DNA of 64,000 bases from a virus, in IMG/VR virus record IMGVR_UViG_3300006752_000025, positions 4,955 to 68,954 of that record. The stretch is one strand, 5' to 3'. Shown piece by piece: positions 39,201 to 48,011 of the stretch. The first letter of the stretch is position 1. Each line of letters starts with the position of its first letter. Made by a program: the position numbers and the translations under genes. The notes under the pieces are model-generated. The model was not told where the DNA came from, ran no database searches, and was given only the letters and a program-made list of their open reading frames with translations.

Positions 39201-41007
39201 CTGGAATGCATTAATTGATTGGTGGGAGTCTAATGGCGGAGTATTTAATGCAGGAACACCACCATTTACTAATGACGATTATGGTTGTTCTACAGAAGAT
39301 CTAAATTTATTTCTACAGGAAGAGTTTGGTCCTACAACTCCGGAACCGTACGGAACTTTTCATTCAGCAACTTGCGGTACAGGTGTAGAAGAATTTACTA
39401 GATATACAACATATCATGATGGTGTAGGTGGTTTTTACACAATTACTACACCTAATAGTCCGCTGTGTGGATACACACAATATCCACCTTATGGTACATT
39501 AATAAGATACGAATGCGGTACAGGTATGACAGCATTCAATAGATATAAAGTAACTGCTAACGGCATGGGTGGTGAGATAAGAGTATTGCATGAAACTAAT
39601 TCAGCAGAATGTAATTATGTACCACCAGATATTCCTGATGCAGGCACAGTGATTTATTCTTATTGTGGTGGAGAAACAATCGATAGTGGAGTTTTTAGTG
39701 TCACACTGCCAGGTACTCCGTTCACTTTCTATGAAGTAATTGCAGATGGACAAGGCGGCGTATCAGAAACAAGAGAAACACCAAATTCAGCACAGTGTGG
39801 TTATGTAGCACCACCAGACGATCCAGGGCATCCAGCCGATGGTACACCATCAGGAAATCCATATTGCGGTACAGGTAGACTTAGATTTAACAGGTATCAA
39901 GATGTGCATGATGGCAATGGTGGTACAAGAAAAACATTACTCGAAACAAATTCAGTAGAATGTGGTTACGAAGAGCCAATTGATGATACGCCTAATCCAG
40001 GCGATGCGGCAGGTGAACCGTTCTGTGCAAGTGTATTAGGTGCATATAATACCTATGGCGAGTATGATCTATTACAAGCATTCTACACTGCCAGTGGCAT
40101 CATAGACATTCGTGTAATAGAAGAAAATTCCGCAACATGTGGATTTACAGACACTACTCCACCACCGGTACCGGATCACCCAGAAGCAGGTACACCAGCA
40201 GGCGATCCATACTGTGGAGAAAGAAGAGCACGATTTAATTTATATCAAAGACAACACGATGGTAATGGCGGATTTGTAATAGCATTAATCGAAGAGAATT
40301 CATCACAATGTGGTTATACACCACCACCAGATAATCCAGATGCAGGAACTGCTTCAGGAGGACCTTACTGTGGAACCGGCGCAGATAAATTTAACAAATA
40401 TCAAAACTATCATGATGGCAGTGGCGGCACATACACATCATTGATTGAAGAGAATTCAACAGATTGTGGTTATGAAGCACCTCCTCCTCCACCGGAGCAT
40501 CCAGATAGCGATGAACCGTATGGTAATGCTTTCTGTGCAAATATATTAGGTACATTTAATACCTATGGCGAGTTTGCTCTAGTACAATTATACACCGATG
40601 GTCAAGGCGGTTACTATACAAAAGTGCTAGAAGAAAACTCCACTGAATGTGGTTACACTGATACGCCAACATACCCAGCAAATGGTACAGCATCAGGACA
40701 AGCATATTGTGGTACAGGTTCAGAGCGATTTAATAGATATCAAGATGTACACGATGGCAGTGGTGGCACAAGACGAACATTAGTTGAAGAAAATTCAACA
40801 TTGTGTGGTTATACAGCACCTGTTGATCATCCAGATGCAGGAACTGCTTCAGGCGAAGCATATTGCGGAATAGGACGTAATCAATATACATTATATCAAA
40901 ACTATCATGATGGCAGTGGCGGGACCTATACCAGAATTGTACAAACAAATTCAAGACGATGTGGATATATAGACGACACTAGACCTGGGTTTGGTCCTAA
41001 TAGGTAA
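36292..41007 (+). CDS. Cys-rich fibre-tip/adhesin-like protein with 11 C-terminal Cys-pair repeats (1571 aa)
   Basis: ATGA-coupled to the S74 fibre. N-terminus resembles the fibre-tip attachment motif (PTGKICFSDF vs typical PxSGxISxSDF); Ig-like-looking middle; tandem repeats. Confidence 0.65.
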   Translation: MSGGAIDRINGICSSEIKTKLSDCFPASNNPNCIGQYRGLRYYDSSIGDDVVLPTGKICFSDFESNSCLPTCVFNSPLIEYLQHPVSEFDGIVGATQKLTAQARVTFRSQSGSCPQHVNEDPGYIWQMKAPGGAFQNINLGSDSRFSADYSNAAQGLVTLSILNSQNTLHNHEFRMLTIAQVLGTQNFDLEGEYDRYTVVAQSSVYSNASTLKYKVIEDPLDPIITGNVLSTGALSINYCVREDEYRGGGTYQFEVRNLFIGVPPDAKWSGVLSSVNVELQYYDTGAVWTRFRGDPNGMDYPVDAKISVDLPSFGQANGLIALESRTGVHEAWQGAGIYFQQLEDWFNWAQQQPDQTGYVRAKVSATITWTHNITGETTTTDRIKYFGGNVGLTINTQNVPECELSGPFISEIRVLDMQGNPIMSHTEGDTVILEAKVENYMRDGQFTAKELYDDPNDSFDFGNVYYVVFSTRNNNRSGFDGLFGLSNNEGSEVDANGIARLTYTTEKDNRFNGEYGIWGDFNGTIHEKVRNLIPICGTIYAGPKVGAGPYPPVAFPFSECHDFFARELNRPEQLYLDSDKQKTGNPMPPSGHSVVDEGGEVNYYVWGRNVQSWDNSFENYEGYNVLPNPFGSFSISGLNDTDDLATGNRTGSYNLVYNNNYPRNGKDGRYEARFTVITREDPDHYETKIGRLALFNARGLGKTLAPGDGTVRLEILNTDSQYTAPTYGDIIGGQTYCIPDGVPIEEIFYTMQMLGTGTYINRSGPFNDGINTERSWHSGVPDEYADRLEFFMTPQEIMTMNRQLVTHTYVNDEAQLNHVEDRFFTVIGRITVNSGIISFQAIPDDGIRLGPEMGFFMSGTSTYSVKDNFTGEQFNGVGSIRLAMGADHFRDRPCPSNPGNPDAGTFLRWECRDTSGNAGTFGFELYKITADGSGGEISTFERSNDTQVCGYNDDPGGDPESNYPECQRYWNALIDWWESNGGVFNAGTPPFTNDDYGCSTEDLNLFLQEEFGPTTPEPYGTFHSATCGTGVEEFTRYTTYHDGVGGFYTITTPNSPLCGYTQYPPYGTLIRYECGTGMTAFNRYKVTANGMGGEIRVLHETNSAECNYVPPDIPDAGTVIYSYCGGETIDSGVFSVTLPGTPFTFYEVIADGQGGVSETRETPNSAQCGYVAPPDDPGHPADGTPSGNPYCGTGRLRFNRYQDVHDGNGGTRKTLLETNSVECGYEEPIDDTPNPGDAAGEPFCASVLGAYNTYGEYDLLQAFYTASGIIDIRVIEENSATCGFTDTTPPPVPDHPEAGTPAGDPYCGERRARFNLYQRQHDGNGGFVIALIEENSSQCGYTPPPDNPDAGTASGGPYCGTGADKFNKYQNYHDGSGGTYTSLIEENSTDCGYEAPPPPPEHPDSDEPYGNAFCANILGTFNTYGEFALVQLYTDGQGGYYTKVLEENSTECGYTDTPTYPANGTASGQAYCGTGSERFNRYQDVHDGSGGTRRTLVEENSTLCGYTAPVDHPDAGTASGEAYCGIGRNQYTLYQNYHDGSGGTYTRIVQTNSRRCGYIDDTRPGFGPNR
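38992..40969 (+). repeat. 11 intragenic ~50-60 aa repeats, consensus P.AGT....YCG.G...FN.YQ.YHDGSGG.Y..L.EENS..CGY
   Basis: Visible in translation. Identical DNA blocks 40334-40358=40829-40853 (25 nt) and 40398-40427=40893-40922 (30 nt), both offset 495 nt. Confidence 0.9.
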
Positions 41008-41017
41008 TAACAGAAAT

Positions 41018-41025
41018 GATAAATA
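41018..41025 (+). promoter_or_regulatory. Late promoter GATAAATA
   Basis: In the intergenic gap before ATG 41045. Confidence 0.7.
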
Positions 41026-41044
41026 GTGTAAACAGGTAAAAAGT

Positions 41045-44000
41045 ATGCCATATATTATAAAAAACAGCGATCAGACTATTACAGTTACAGTAGAAGACAA
41101 CAAAGTCGATTCTACAAATTATTCGCTGGCCCTAGTAGGACGCCAGGTATCTAACTACGGGCAATATTTTGCACAAAATACATTAAGACATTTAGAAAAT
41201 TTTGCTAGTTCTACACCTCCCACACCTGCTGTAAAACTAACAGGCCAATTATGGTATGATAAAACAGAAGGTTTATTCAAAGTATATGATGGCAGTGTTT
41301 GGAAACGATCAACTGGAATTTTAGTAAACAGTGAACCCAATAGACCTACAACAGATTTAAGAGCTGGCACAGCATTTTTTAATACAAGCAAAAACATATT
41401 AGAAATTTATAATGGTAATCAATTCTTGCCAGCATCATATGGCGGCGAAATTACAAATACATTTAGTAATGATATTGCTAATAGTAATGCTACTTTCTTT
41501 GGTACAAGACTACGTACATTGTTCTTAAAGGAAGATGGTTTAGATACTGTACACCCTGTATTAGCATTAGTGTATGTTAAAAGTACTATCGACACTGATA
41601 CTGGTGCAAACAGAGGTACAACGCAAATAGGCGAACAGTACGAAACTATCATGGCATTGATTTCCGATAGCCAATTCCAGATAGCGGCAGATACTCAAAC
41701 ACCTGTAGACGGTTTAACAATTAACTATAATCCAGAACTAACCCAAGTTGGCGTTGGTATTGCTTCGGCACGTACAGGTAGAGCTCAAGGTTTAATCAAG
41801 AAAGGTATTAACCTCAGACAAGAGTATGAAATAGATGCAGTAACATCATTTGATACATTATATGCTAACCAAATCGGTGATGCTTCAAATGAAGTAACAA
41901 CAATTTATGCTAACAGCATTATTGGATTGAGCAGTCTAACTATTGAAGACATCACAGTAAACGATGATTTAGTTATTGGCGGAGACTTGGACTTAACAGG
42001 TGACTTGACCAGTAGTAGTGGTTCACTAAGTATTACTTCAGCAGAATTAACAACAGATGTACTAACAGTAAACAATACATCTACACTTAATGGTGATACA
42101 ACCATTAACGGTAACTTGGTTGTAAATGGTTTAGGTGCAGAAGACCTAGGTGATTTAACCAACAAAATAGACAACATTTATGTAAACAATATTTTTGCAG
42201 ACAACGGCAACATTGCAACTGCAAACATTACATCATCGTTGAGATCTTTAGGTGACGTAACATTTGATCAAGATTTAAGTGTAGCAGGAACATCTAATTT
42301 AGGTATTACCAATGTTGATGGAGCATTAGGTGTAACAGGTGTTTCAACGTTTGATAGCTCTTTGATCATGTCTGCATCAGGCGCACCTTCTGCAACGTTC
42401 AATGAAATAAATGTCAGAGCAAACCAAGACATAAATTTAAGTGGTACTGGTAGACTAGTAGGACCGGCAACGCAGGTTAGTATTACGTCAGATACCACAT
42501 CAAGTAATGCACAGTATGTGTTATTCTCAGGTGCAACTGGTAGTGCCAGTGACTTGAAGGGTGGTGGTACAAACAACTTTAACCTTAAGTATATTCCAAG
42601 CGAAGATAGATTATACGTAAATAAATTAAGGGTAGGTGGTACATCACCAGAAATGGAATTTATTTCTGCATCAGGTTCATTGACATTTGGACCTGGTACT
42701 ATTGTAGGTACTGGTGTATTTACTTCAGCAGGTTTTTCAACAGCATCCGGCGATGCTACAATAGGTGGTACAGTATCGTTTGGTTCTTTAAGAGACACAG
42801 GCGAAGGTATTACTATAACAAAATTTGTAGACGAAGCAGACGGTATTCCTTCTAATAATACTGACACTACAATCCCAACATCAGCCGCTATAAAAGATTA
42901 TGTTGACACAGCAAATACAAATTTGAAAGCATACGTTGACGGCTTAGACAGAGATGACGATTTAAGTATTGCTGGTAATTCAGGTACTGGACTAGTAGAT
43001 TTAGATTCACAAAGTTTAACAGTAAACGGCGGAACTAACTTAACAAGTTCTGCAAGTGGACAAACTATTACTGTTAATTTAGATTCAACTATAACAGGAT
43101 TAACACAAGTTACTGCAACTAATATCAGTGCAACAAATGCATTTACAGGTGATTTAATTGGTACTGCTGATAACTCAGACAATGCGGCCGCTGTAACATT
43201 AACAAATACTAGTGCTACAACAAACTATATTGTTATGTCACAATCAGCAACAGGAACTGATAGAGCATTATATACAGATGCAACTGAAATTGGCTACAAT
43301 GCTGTAACTCATACGTTAACCACAACTAATTATATAGGTGATACGTTTACTGCAAATAATTACTTTGACGGTGACATCAGAGGTGATGTTCTCAAAGATG
43401 ACGGAACAAAAATATTAGAAAATTCAACAGGTGCATTAACAGGTACTGTTAGCAGTATTACTAACCATCAGAGTTATATCAGAGGCAGAGTATCAGGTGG
43501 CACTGGCATAACATATGATAACTCAACAGGTGTTATTAGTTTATCAGACACTGGATTGATTTCCGGCGTATCCGCTGGTACTGGATTGACAGGTGGCGGT
43601 AATTCAGGTAATGTTACATTAGCATTAGCAACTGCTGGAGCCGGTGCTGGTACATATGGCTCTACAGCAGATAGCACAAAGATTGATCAAATTACACTAG
43701 ATGCATATGGTAGAGTAACAGCAGTCTCAACAGGACCAAGCGGAGACATCAAGGGTGTTACGGCAGGCGATTATTTAACAGGTGGTGGTACATCAGGTAC
43801 TGTCACATTAAATGTAGATGCCACAAGTGCAAACACAGCAAGTAAAGTTGTAGCCAGAGATGGCTCAGGTAACTTTAGTGCTGGAGTTATTACAGCAACA
43901 GCAACATCAGCTCGATATGCTGACTTGGCTGAGATATACAAAGCCGACGCAGACTATGAGCCAGGCACAGTTGTGAAACTGGGCGGCAGTGAAGAAATAA

Positions 44001-44293
44001 CAATGACAGTTGAACATGCAGACACAGAAGTGTTTGGCGTTATCAGTACTGACCCAGCATACTTAATGAACAAAGATGCAGAGGGATTACCAGTTGCACT
44101 CACAGGAAGAGTTCCTGTAAAAGTTATAGGTAAAGTCCGTAAAGGCGAAAGATTGGTCAGCAGTGACGTACCAGGACTAGCATGGGCATTAGGCGACGAA
44201 GAATATGACGCAAGAGCAGTTATTGGTAGAAGTTTAGAAGACAAAGACAACGGCAACGAAGGCGTAATTGAAGCAGTAATTGGCGTTAAATAG
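41045..44293 (+). CDS. Tail fibre protein with C-terminal Peptidase G2-like intramolecular chaperone
   Basis: N-terminus paralogous to 33917 (LVGRQVSNYGQ..HLENFA..GQLWYD). C-terminal YADLAEIY..YEPGTVV..GVISTDPAYLMN..PVALTGRVPVKV.G.VRKGERLVSS matches the phi29 gp12-type (G2) autocleaving chaperone. Confidence 0.82.
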   Translation: MPYIIKNSDQTITVTVEDNKVDSTNYSLALVGRQVSNYGQYFAQNTLRHLENFASSTPPTPAVKLTGQLWYDKTEGLFKVYDGSVWKRSTGILVNSEPNRPTTDLRAGTAFFNTSKNILEIYNGNQFLPASYGGEITNTFSNDIANSNATFFGTRLRTLFLKEDGLDTVHPVLALVYVKSTIDTDTGANRGTTQIGEQYETIMALISDSQFQIAADTQTPVDGLTINYNPELTQVGVGIASARTGRAQGLIKKGINLRQEYEIDAVTSFDTLYANQIGDASNEVTTIYANSIIGLSSLTIEDITVNDDLVIGGDLDLTGDLTSSSGSLSITSAELTTDVLTVNNTSTLNGDTTINGNLVVNGLGAEDLGDLTNKIDNIYVNNIFADNGNIATANITSSLRSLGDVTFDQDLSVAGTSNLGITNVDGALGVTGVSTFDSSLIMSASGAPSATFNEINVRANQDINLSGTGRLVGPATQVSITSDTTSSNAQYVLFSGATGSASDLKGGGTNNFNLKYIPSEDRLYVNKLRVGGTSPEMEFISASGSLTFGPGTIVGTGVFTSAGFSTASGDATIGGTVSFGSLRDTGEGITITKFVDEADGIPSNNTDTTIPTSAAIKDYVDTANTNLKAYVDGLDRDDDLSIAGNSGTGLVDLDSQSLTVNGGTNLTSSASGQTITVNLDSTITGLTQVTATNISATNAFTGDLIGTADNSDNAAAVTLTNTSATTNYIVMSQSATGTDRALYTDATEIGYNAVTHTLTTTNYIGDTFTANNYFDGDIRGDVLKDDGTKILENSTGALTGTVSSITNHQSYIRGRVSGGTGITYDNSTGVISLSDTGLISGVSAGTGLTGGGNSGNVTLALATAGAGAGTYGSTADSTKIDQITLDAYGRVTAVSTGPSGDIKGVTAGDYLTGGGTSGTVTLNVDATSANTASKVVARDGSGNFSAGVITATATSARYADLAEIYKADADYEPGTVVKLGGSEEITMTVEHADTEVFGVISTDPAYLMNKDAEGLPVALTGRVPVKVIGKVRKGERLVSSDVPGLAWALGDEEYDARAVIGRSLEDKDNGNEGVIEAVIGVK

Positions 44294-44300
44294 ATAAATA
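44293..44300 (+). promoter_or_regulatory. Late promoter GATAAATA
   Basis: Overlaps the TAG stop of the fibre gene; followed by AGGAGA SD and ATG 44326. Confidence 0.7.
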
Positions 44301-44325
44301 CTAAGTATATTAATAGGAGATACAA

Positions 44326-45303
44326 ATGGCATCAGGAAGTTCAGTAACTTCATCAGGTATGACCACAATGACACAAGTTGTTGCAGGTGATGTAATTGAT
44401 GACGCAGATTTCAATAATGCTAGAAACAATGTACAAGCATTAATGGGCGGTGCAAGTGACCAAACACTTTCTGCTGGTAGTTCTTTTACATATTCAAATG
44501 CTAAAGGTTGGGGTCAAGGTGGCGCAGGTGTTAACACTAACAGTGCAGGAAGCACAGTTTTAGCAACAGGTAGTTCTAGAGGATTCAAAGACTTACAGGA
44601 TGATGTACAGGCAATGTGCTTATTCTTAGGTGTATCTCAAAGAGCTGGCGTAGGCAGTGACGTAACAACATCAACAACTATTACGGCAAGCACATGGTCA
44701 AACTTAATGCTGAACGTTAAAGATTGCTGGGATAACAGATTTGAACCTTCCAGTAGAACTGTTTCTACAGATGCCAGTAAAACATTTACAAGTTCATGGA
44801 CAAATACGTTAACGCAAGAAACTACATGGACGTTTGCTAATGAAGGCGATTGTAGAGCATTTTTTAATGGTGGTGGCCGTTTAGGATTCAGTGCTAGTTA
44901 TACAGGTTCAAGTGGTGATCAGTTTGATGCACATGCCGCAAGATTAAGTGGTATGGGTGATTTTTACATGGACTATCAAGGTTCTAACGCAGGCGCAGGT
45001 AGTGTAAGTGGTATTGGTTTTTACGAACTAGCAACATCATATCAGACAGTATGGACTTACTATGGTGCAAGTGCTCCATATTCAAATGACTATGTTCAAA
45101 CATCAGCAAAGGTCAATAGCACAACTAATCCTACAGTGGTAACAATGAGAATTCAATTAATTGACGCAACGGATAACGTGATTGACGCAAGTGCAACAGG
45201 TACATTAACTCTTAACTGTAGAAGACATCAACCAGATGCTAACAGTTCAGGATTTAGTTTCCCTGTACCAACAGACAGCATGGGCAACATCACAGGCTCA
45301 TAA
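44326..45303 (+). CDS. Putative virion structural protein (Ser/Thr/Gly-rich, 325 aa)
   Basis: Own late promoter, strong SD and downstream terminator; TWTFANEGDCRAFFNGGGRLGF motif. Confidence 0.6.
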   Translation: MASGSSVTSSGMTTMTQVVAGDVIDDADFNNARNNVQALMGGASDQTLSAGSSFTYSNAKGWGQGGAGVNTNSAGSTVLATGSSRGFKDLQDDVQAMCLFLGVSQRAGVGSDVTTSTTITASTWSNLMLNVKDCWDNRFEPSSRTVSTDASKTFTSSWTNTLTQETTWTFANEGDCRAFFNGGGRLGFSASYTGSSGDQFDAHAARLSGMGDFYMDYQGSNAGAGSVSGIGFYELATSYQTVWTYYGASAPYSNDYVQTSAKVNSTTNPTVVTMRIQLIDATDNVIDASATGTLTLNCRRHQPDANSSGFSFPVPTDSMGNITGS

Positions 45304-45320
45304 TAGTAAAATAGTTATGT

Positions 45321-45354
45321 AAAAGCCAGTAATTACACTTACTGGCTTTTTTTT
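45321..45354 (+). terminator. Rho-independent terminator ending the structural module
   Basis: AAAAGCCAGTAA-TTACAC-TTACTGGCTTTT then TTTT. Confidence 0.88.
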
Positions 45355-45368
45355 GGCTTAAATATCAC

Positions 45369-45376
45369 TATAAATA
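45369..45376 (+). promoter_or_regulatory. Perfect T4 late promoter consensus TATAAATA
   Basis: Directly after the terminator and before ATG 45389; heads the glycosyltransferase operon. Confidence 0.8.
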
Positions 45377-45388
45377 TGGGAACACACA

Positions 45389-45748
45389 ATGAGTGCAAAA
45401 TTAACTAAAGCATTAGAATTTTCAAACTATCGCATAACATTAAACAATCAACAAGATGCTTTGAGATCAAAAACTCAAAGTTTATTGAGCTATAGTATTA
45501 ATGGTGGTACGTTTTCAATTGACAGAAATCTAATTACGTTTTGTAATATGTTACAAGAACAAAAACATAAAACAGCAGTGCTATTAGATATATACGAAAA
45601 CCCAATTGAAGTAAATCTAGATGAATTTGCAGAAGAGATTACTAGTAGATATTTTGAAGTAACAAACGAGTATCTTATTGAGTTTGAAAAATTAAAACAG
45701 GCAAGAAAAACACACAGGGTATTAGACTTAAATGAAGACGGAGACTAA
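45389..45748 (+). CDS. Hypothetical protein (119 aa)
   Basis: ORF track; first gene after the late promoter; overlaps the next gene. Confidence 0.75.
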   Translation: MSAKLTKALEFSNYRITLNNQQDALRSKTQSLLSYSINGGTFSIDRNLITFCNMLQEQKHKTAVLLDIYENPIEVNLDEFAEEITSRYFEVTNEYLIEFEKLKQARKTHRVLDLNEDGD

Positions 45749-46709
45749 CCGAGGCATATTAATATTTGCTCATAACAATACCGAAATTGATTATTTAGGT
45801 TTGGCTCTAACAAATGCTCTGCTTATACAAAAAAATTTAGGATTGACAAAACATCAAATAACTATTGTAACTGATCCTCACAGCCTGAAATACAAAATTA
45901 AAGATGTTGGTAAAAGATTTATTAACAAGTGTACTAGTAATATAATTGAAGTTGAGAAAGATCGAGACTTCAAACTAAAAAATAATAGAATATACAAAGA
46001 CACTAGCCATACATCTAAATCATTGTCCTTTTATAATATAAATCGTTGTGATGCTTACGAGTTATCACCGTATGATGAAACTATAATGATTGATGCAGAC
46101 TACTTGATACTGAGTAATGCATTGAATCATTGCTGGGGACATAAAAACAATTTAATGATGAATTGGGAATATGTTGACATCATGCGTGGCAGAAGATATC
46201 AAGAATTAGATAGATTAAGTCCGCTAGGTGTATCAATGTATTGGGCAACTGTGGTATATTTCAGAAAAGATACTACCTGTGAAACGTTTTTTAATTTTGT
46301 AAAACATGTTAAAAACAACAGAGAGTATTACAGCGATCTATATAAATTTAATAACAGTGTGTATAGAAATGATTACAGTTTTAGTATTGCCGCTCATATG
46401 TTATCAGGATACAAAGATAAAGGTGTAGCACAGTTGCCAATGAAACTGTATAAAACATGGGACTTAGATGACGTACACAAAGTCACAGGATTAAATACAC
46501 TTGCTTTATTGTTAGAAAAGCCACGTAGCCCAGGAGACTTTATAGTTACCCACTGGCGAGATGTTGACATACACATAATGAACAAGTGGGCACTTAATAG
46601 AGTAAGCAAAGATATGTTACAATATTTAGGAGTTAACAATGGTACAAAAACAACAACAACAAAGACCACAAGAAAACGAAAAACTAAAAAAGCAACAAGC
46701 ACAGGATAG
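45732..46709 (+). CDS. Putative GT-A fold glycosyltransferase (GT8/GT71-like)
   Basis: RGILIFA N-terminal strand, YELSPYDETIMIDAD (DxD), WATVVYF, RNDYSFSIA, HIMNK. Confidence 0.7.
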   Translation: MKTETNRGILIFAHNNTEIDYLGLALTNALLIQKNLGLTKHQITIVTDPHSLKYKIKDVGKRFINKCTSNIIEVEKDRDFKLKNNRIYKDTSHTSKSLSFYNINRCDAYELSPYDETIMIDADYLILSNALNHCWGHKNNLMMNWEYVDIMRGRRYQELDRLSPLGVSMYWATVVYFRKDTTCETFFNFVKHVKNNREYYSDLYKFNNSVYRNDYSFSIAAHMLSGYKDKGVAQLPMKLYKTWDLDDVHKVTGLNTLALLLEKPRSPGDFIVTHWRDVDIHIMNKWALNRVSKDMLQYLGVNNGTKTTTTKTTRKRKTKKATSTG

Positions 46710-46714
46710 AAGGA

Positions 46715-46888
46715 ATGGCTAAAAATAGTAAACCAGACTTAGGCGATCGTATTATACATAAAGAGCCAGCATTCAACAGAGAAAATGAAGGCGAAGTAAT
46801 ACAGTTGTTAGCCATGCAGTTTGTTTACAGAACAGACAACGGTAGTGATCGTTTTTGTTTGTTCAAGGAAGATTGGAAAAAAGTATGA
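46715..46888 (+). CDS. Small hypothetical protein (57 aa; not in track)
   Basis: MAKNSKPDLGDRIIHKEPAFNRENEGEVIQLLAMQFVYRTDNGSDRFCLFKEDWKKV*; fills the gap; ATGA overlap with the next ORF. Confidence 0.65.
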   Translation: MAKNSKPDLGDRIIHKEPAFNRENEGEVIQLLAMQFVYRTDNGSDRFCLFKEDWKKV

Positions 46889-47055
46889 GCGAAAAAAAAG
46901 AAAAAGAAGAATATGTAAGCATACGTGAAAATTGGAAAGATGTTAATTGGGACTTAGTACAACGTATGCGATTTATGAATGCTGATGCCGAAATAGATCC
47001 TGAAGATAGTTATTCAAAAGGCAAAAGAAAGTTGAGGGACAATGGGAAAGATTAG
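46885..47055 (+). CDS. Small hypothetical protein (56 aa)
   Basis: Start moved to ATG 46885 (ATGA overlap): MSEKKEKEEYVSIRENWKDVNWDLVQRMRF... Confidence 0.6.
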   Translation: MSEKKEKEEYVSIRENWKDVNWDLVQRMRFMNADAEIDPEDSYSKGKRKLRDNGKD

Positions 47056-47152
47056 ACAATGGTTTAGGAATTGGTTTGATAAAGCAATAGAAAGAAGTAT
47101 GCAACGTCAAGCAAACAAACTCTTTGCTAAAGGGCAAAACAAAGATGAGTAA
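47042..47152 (+). CDS. Small basic amphipathic peptide (36 aa; not in track)
   Basis: MGKIRQWFRNWFDKAIERSMQRQANKLFAKGQNKDE*; GAGG SD; overlaps both neighbours. Confidence 0.55.
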   Translation: MGKIRQWFRNWFDKAIERSMQRQANKLFAKGQNKDE

Positions 47153-48011
47153 AGGTTACATAGTAATAGCACAAAACACCAAGGAAACTAATTACTTGGA
47201 GCAGGCCTATGCACTTGCCTTAAACTTAAAGTTAACACAGAGCACTGTAAGCAATCTGTGCGTGTGCGTAGACGCACCAACACGTAAGTTACTAAGACAA
47301 CGTCATGAGAACGTGTTTGATAAAATTGTAGACATACCTTGGAATGACGATGCAGAAAAAGAAATAGATTGGAAAATTAATAACAAGTGGAAATACTTTC
47401 ACATGACACCATATGATGAAACTGTAATACTTGATACTGATATGATATTTCCAACCGACGTTAGTCATTGGTGGAATATACTTAATCAAAAAGATGTTTG
47501 GGCAACAACCAATGTTAGAACATTTAGAGGTGATATAGCAAAAGGCAGTTACTATCGAAAAACATTTGAATTAAATAATTTGCCTAACATATATACTGCA
47601 TTTTTTTATTTTAAGAAAAGTGAACTAGCGGCAGAGTTATTCACAATGACAGAAATAATTTTTCAGCATTGGCAACGAATGTTTTACAAATACTTGCCCA
47701 AAGGCAAACCAGATTGGTTAAGTGCCGATGTTGCTTTTGCTTTAGCAATTAAGTTACTAGGAATAGAAAGCGAATGTACTAGAGAGAACATAGATGCTGT
47801 GCCTACATTTGTACACATGAAAAGTCATGTACAAAATATCAAAGGCGCAACCATAGCGGCAAATTGGGAAGACAGTATACCTACATACTACAAAACATAT
47901 AATGATTTTAAGATAGGAAACTTCCAACAACTTTTACCATTTCATTATGTACAAAAAGACTGGATGACAGAAAAACGAATTCAACAAATGGAGATAGATT
48001 ATGGCAGATAA
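47145..48011 (+). CDS. Putative GT-A fold glycosyltransferase, paralogue of 45732..46709
   Basis: MSKGYIVIAQN...HMTPYDETVILDTD (DxD), LPNIYTAFFYFKKS, FVHMK. Start moved to ATG 47145. Confidence 0.72.
   Translation: MSKGYIVIAQNTKETNYLEQAYALALNLKLTQSTVSNLCVCVDAPTRKLLRQRHENVFDKIVDIPWNDDAEKEIDWKINNKWKYFHMTPYDETVILDTDMIFPTDVSHWWNILNQKDVWATTNVRTFRGDIAKGSYYRKTFELNNLPNIYTAFFYFKKSELAAELFTMTEIIFQHWQRMFYKYLPKGKPDWLSADVAFALAIKLLGIESECTRENIDAVPTFVHMKSHVQNIKGATIAANWEDSIPTYYKTYNDFKIGNFQQLLPFHYVQKDWMTEKRIQQMEIDYGR

Noticed and set aside
40021-40922. Diversity-generating retroelement TR/VR pair or CRISPR-like array
   Set aside because: The repeats are in-frame protein repeats, mismatches are not confined to adenines of one copy, there are no unique spacers, and no reverse transcriptase or cas gene is in the window.
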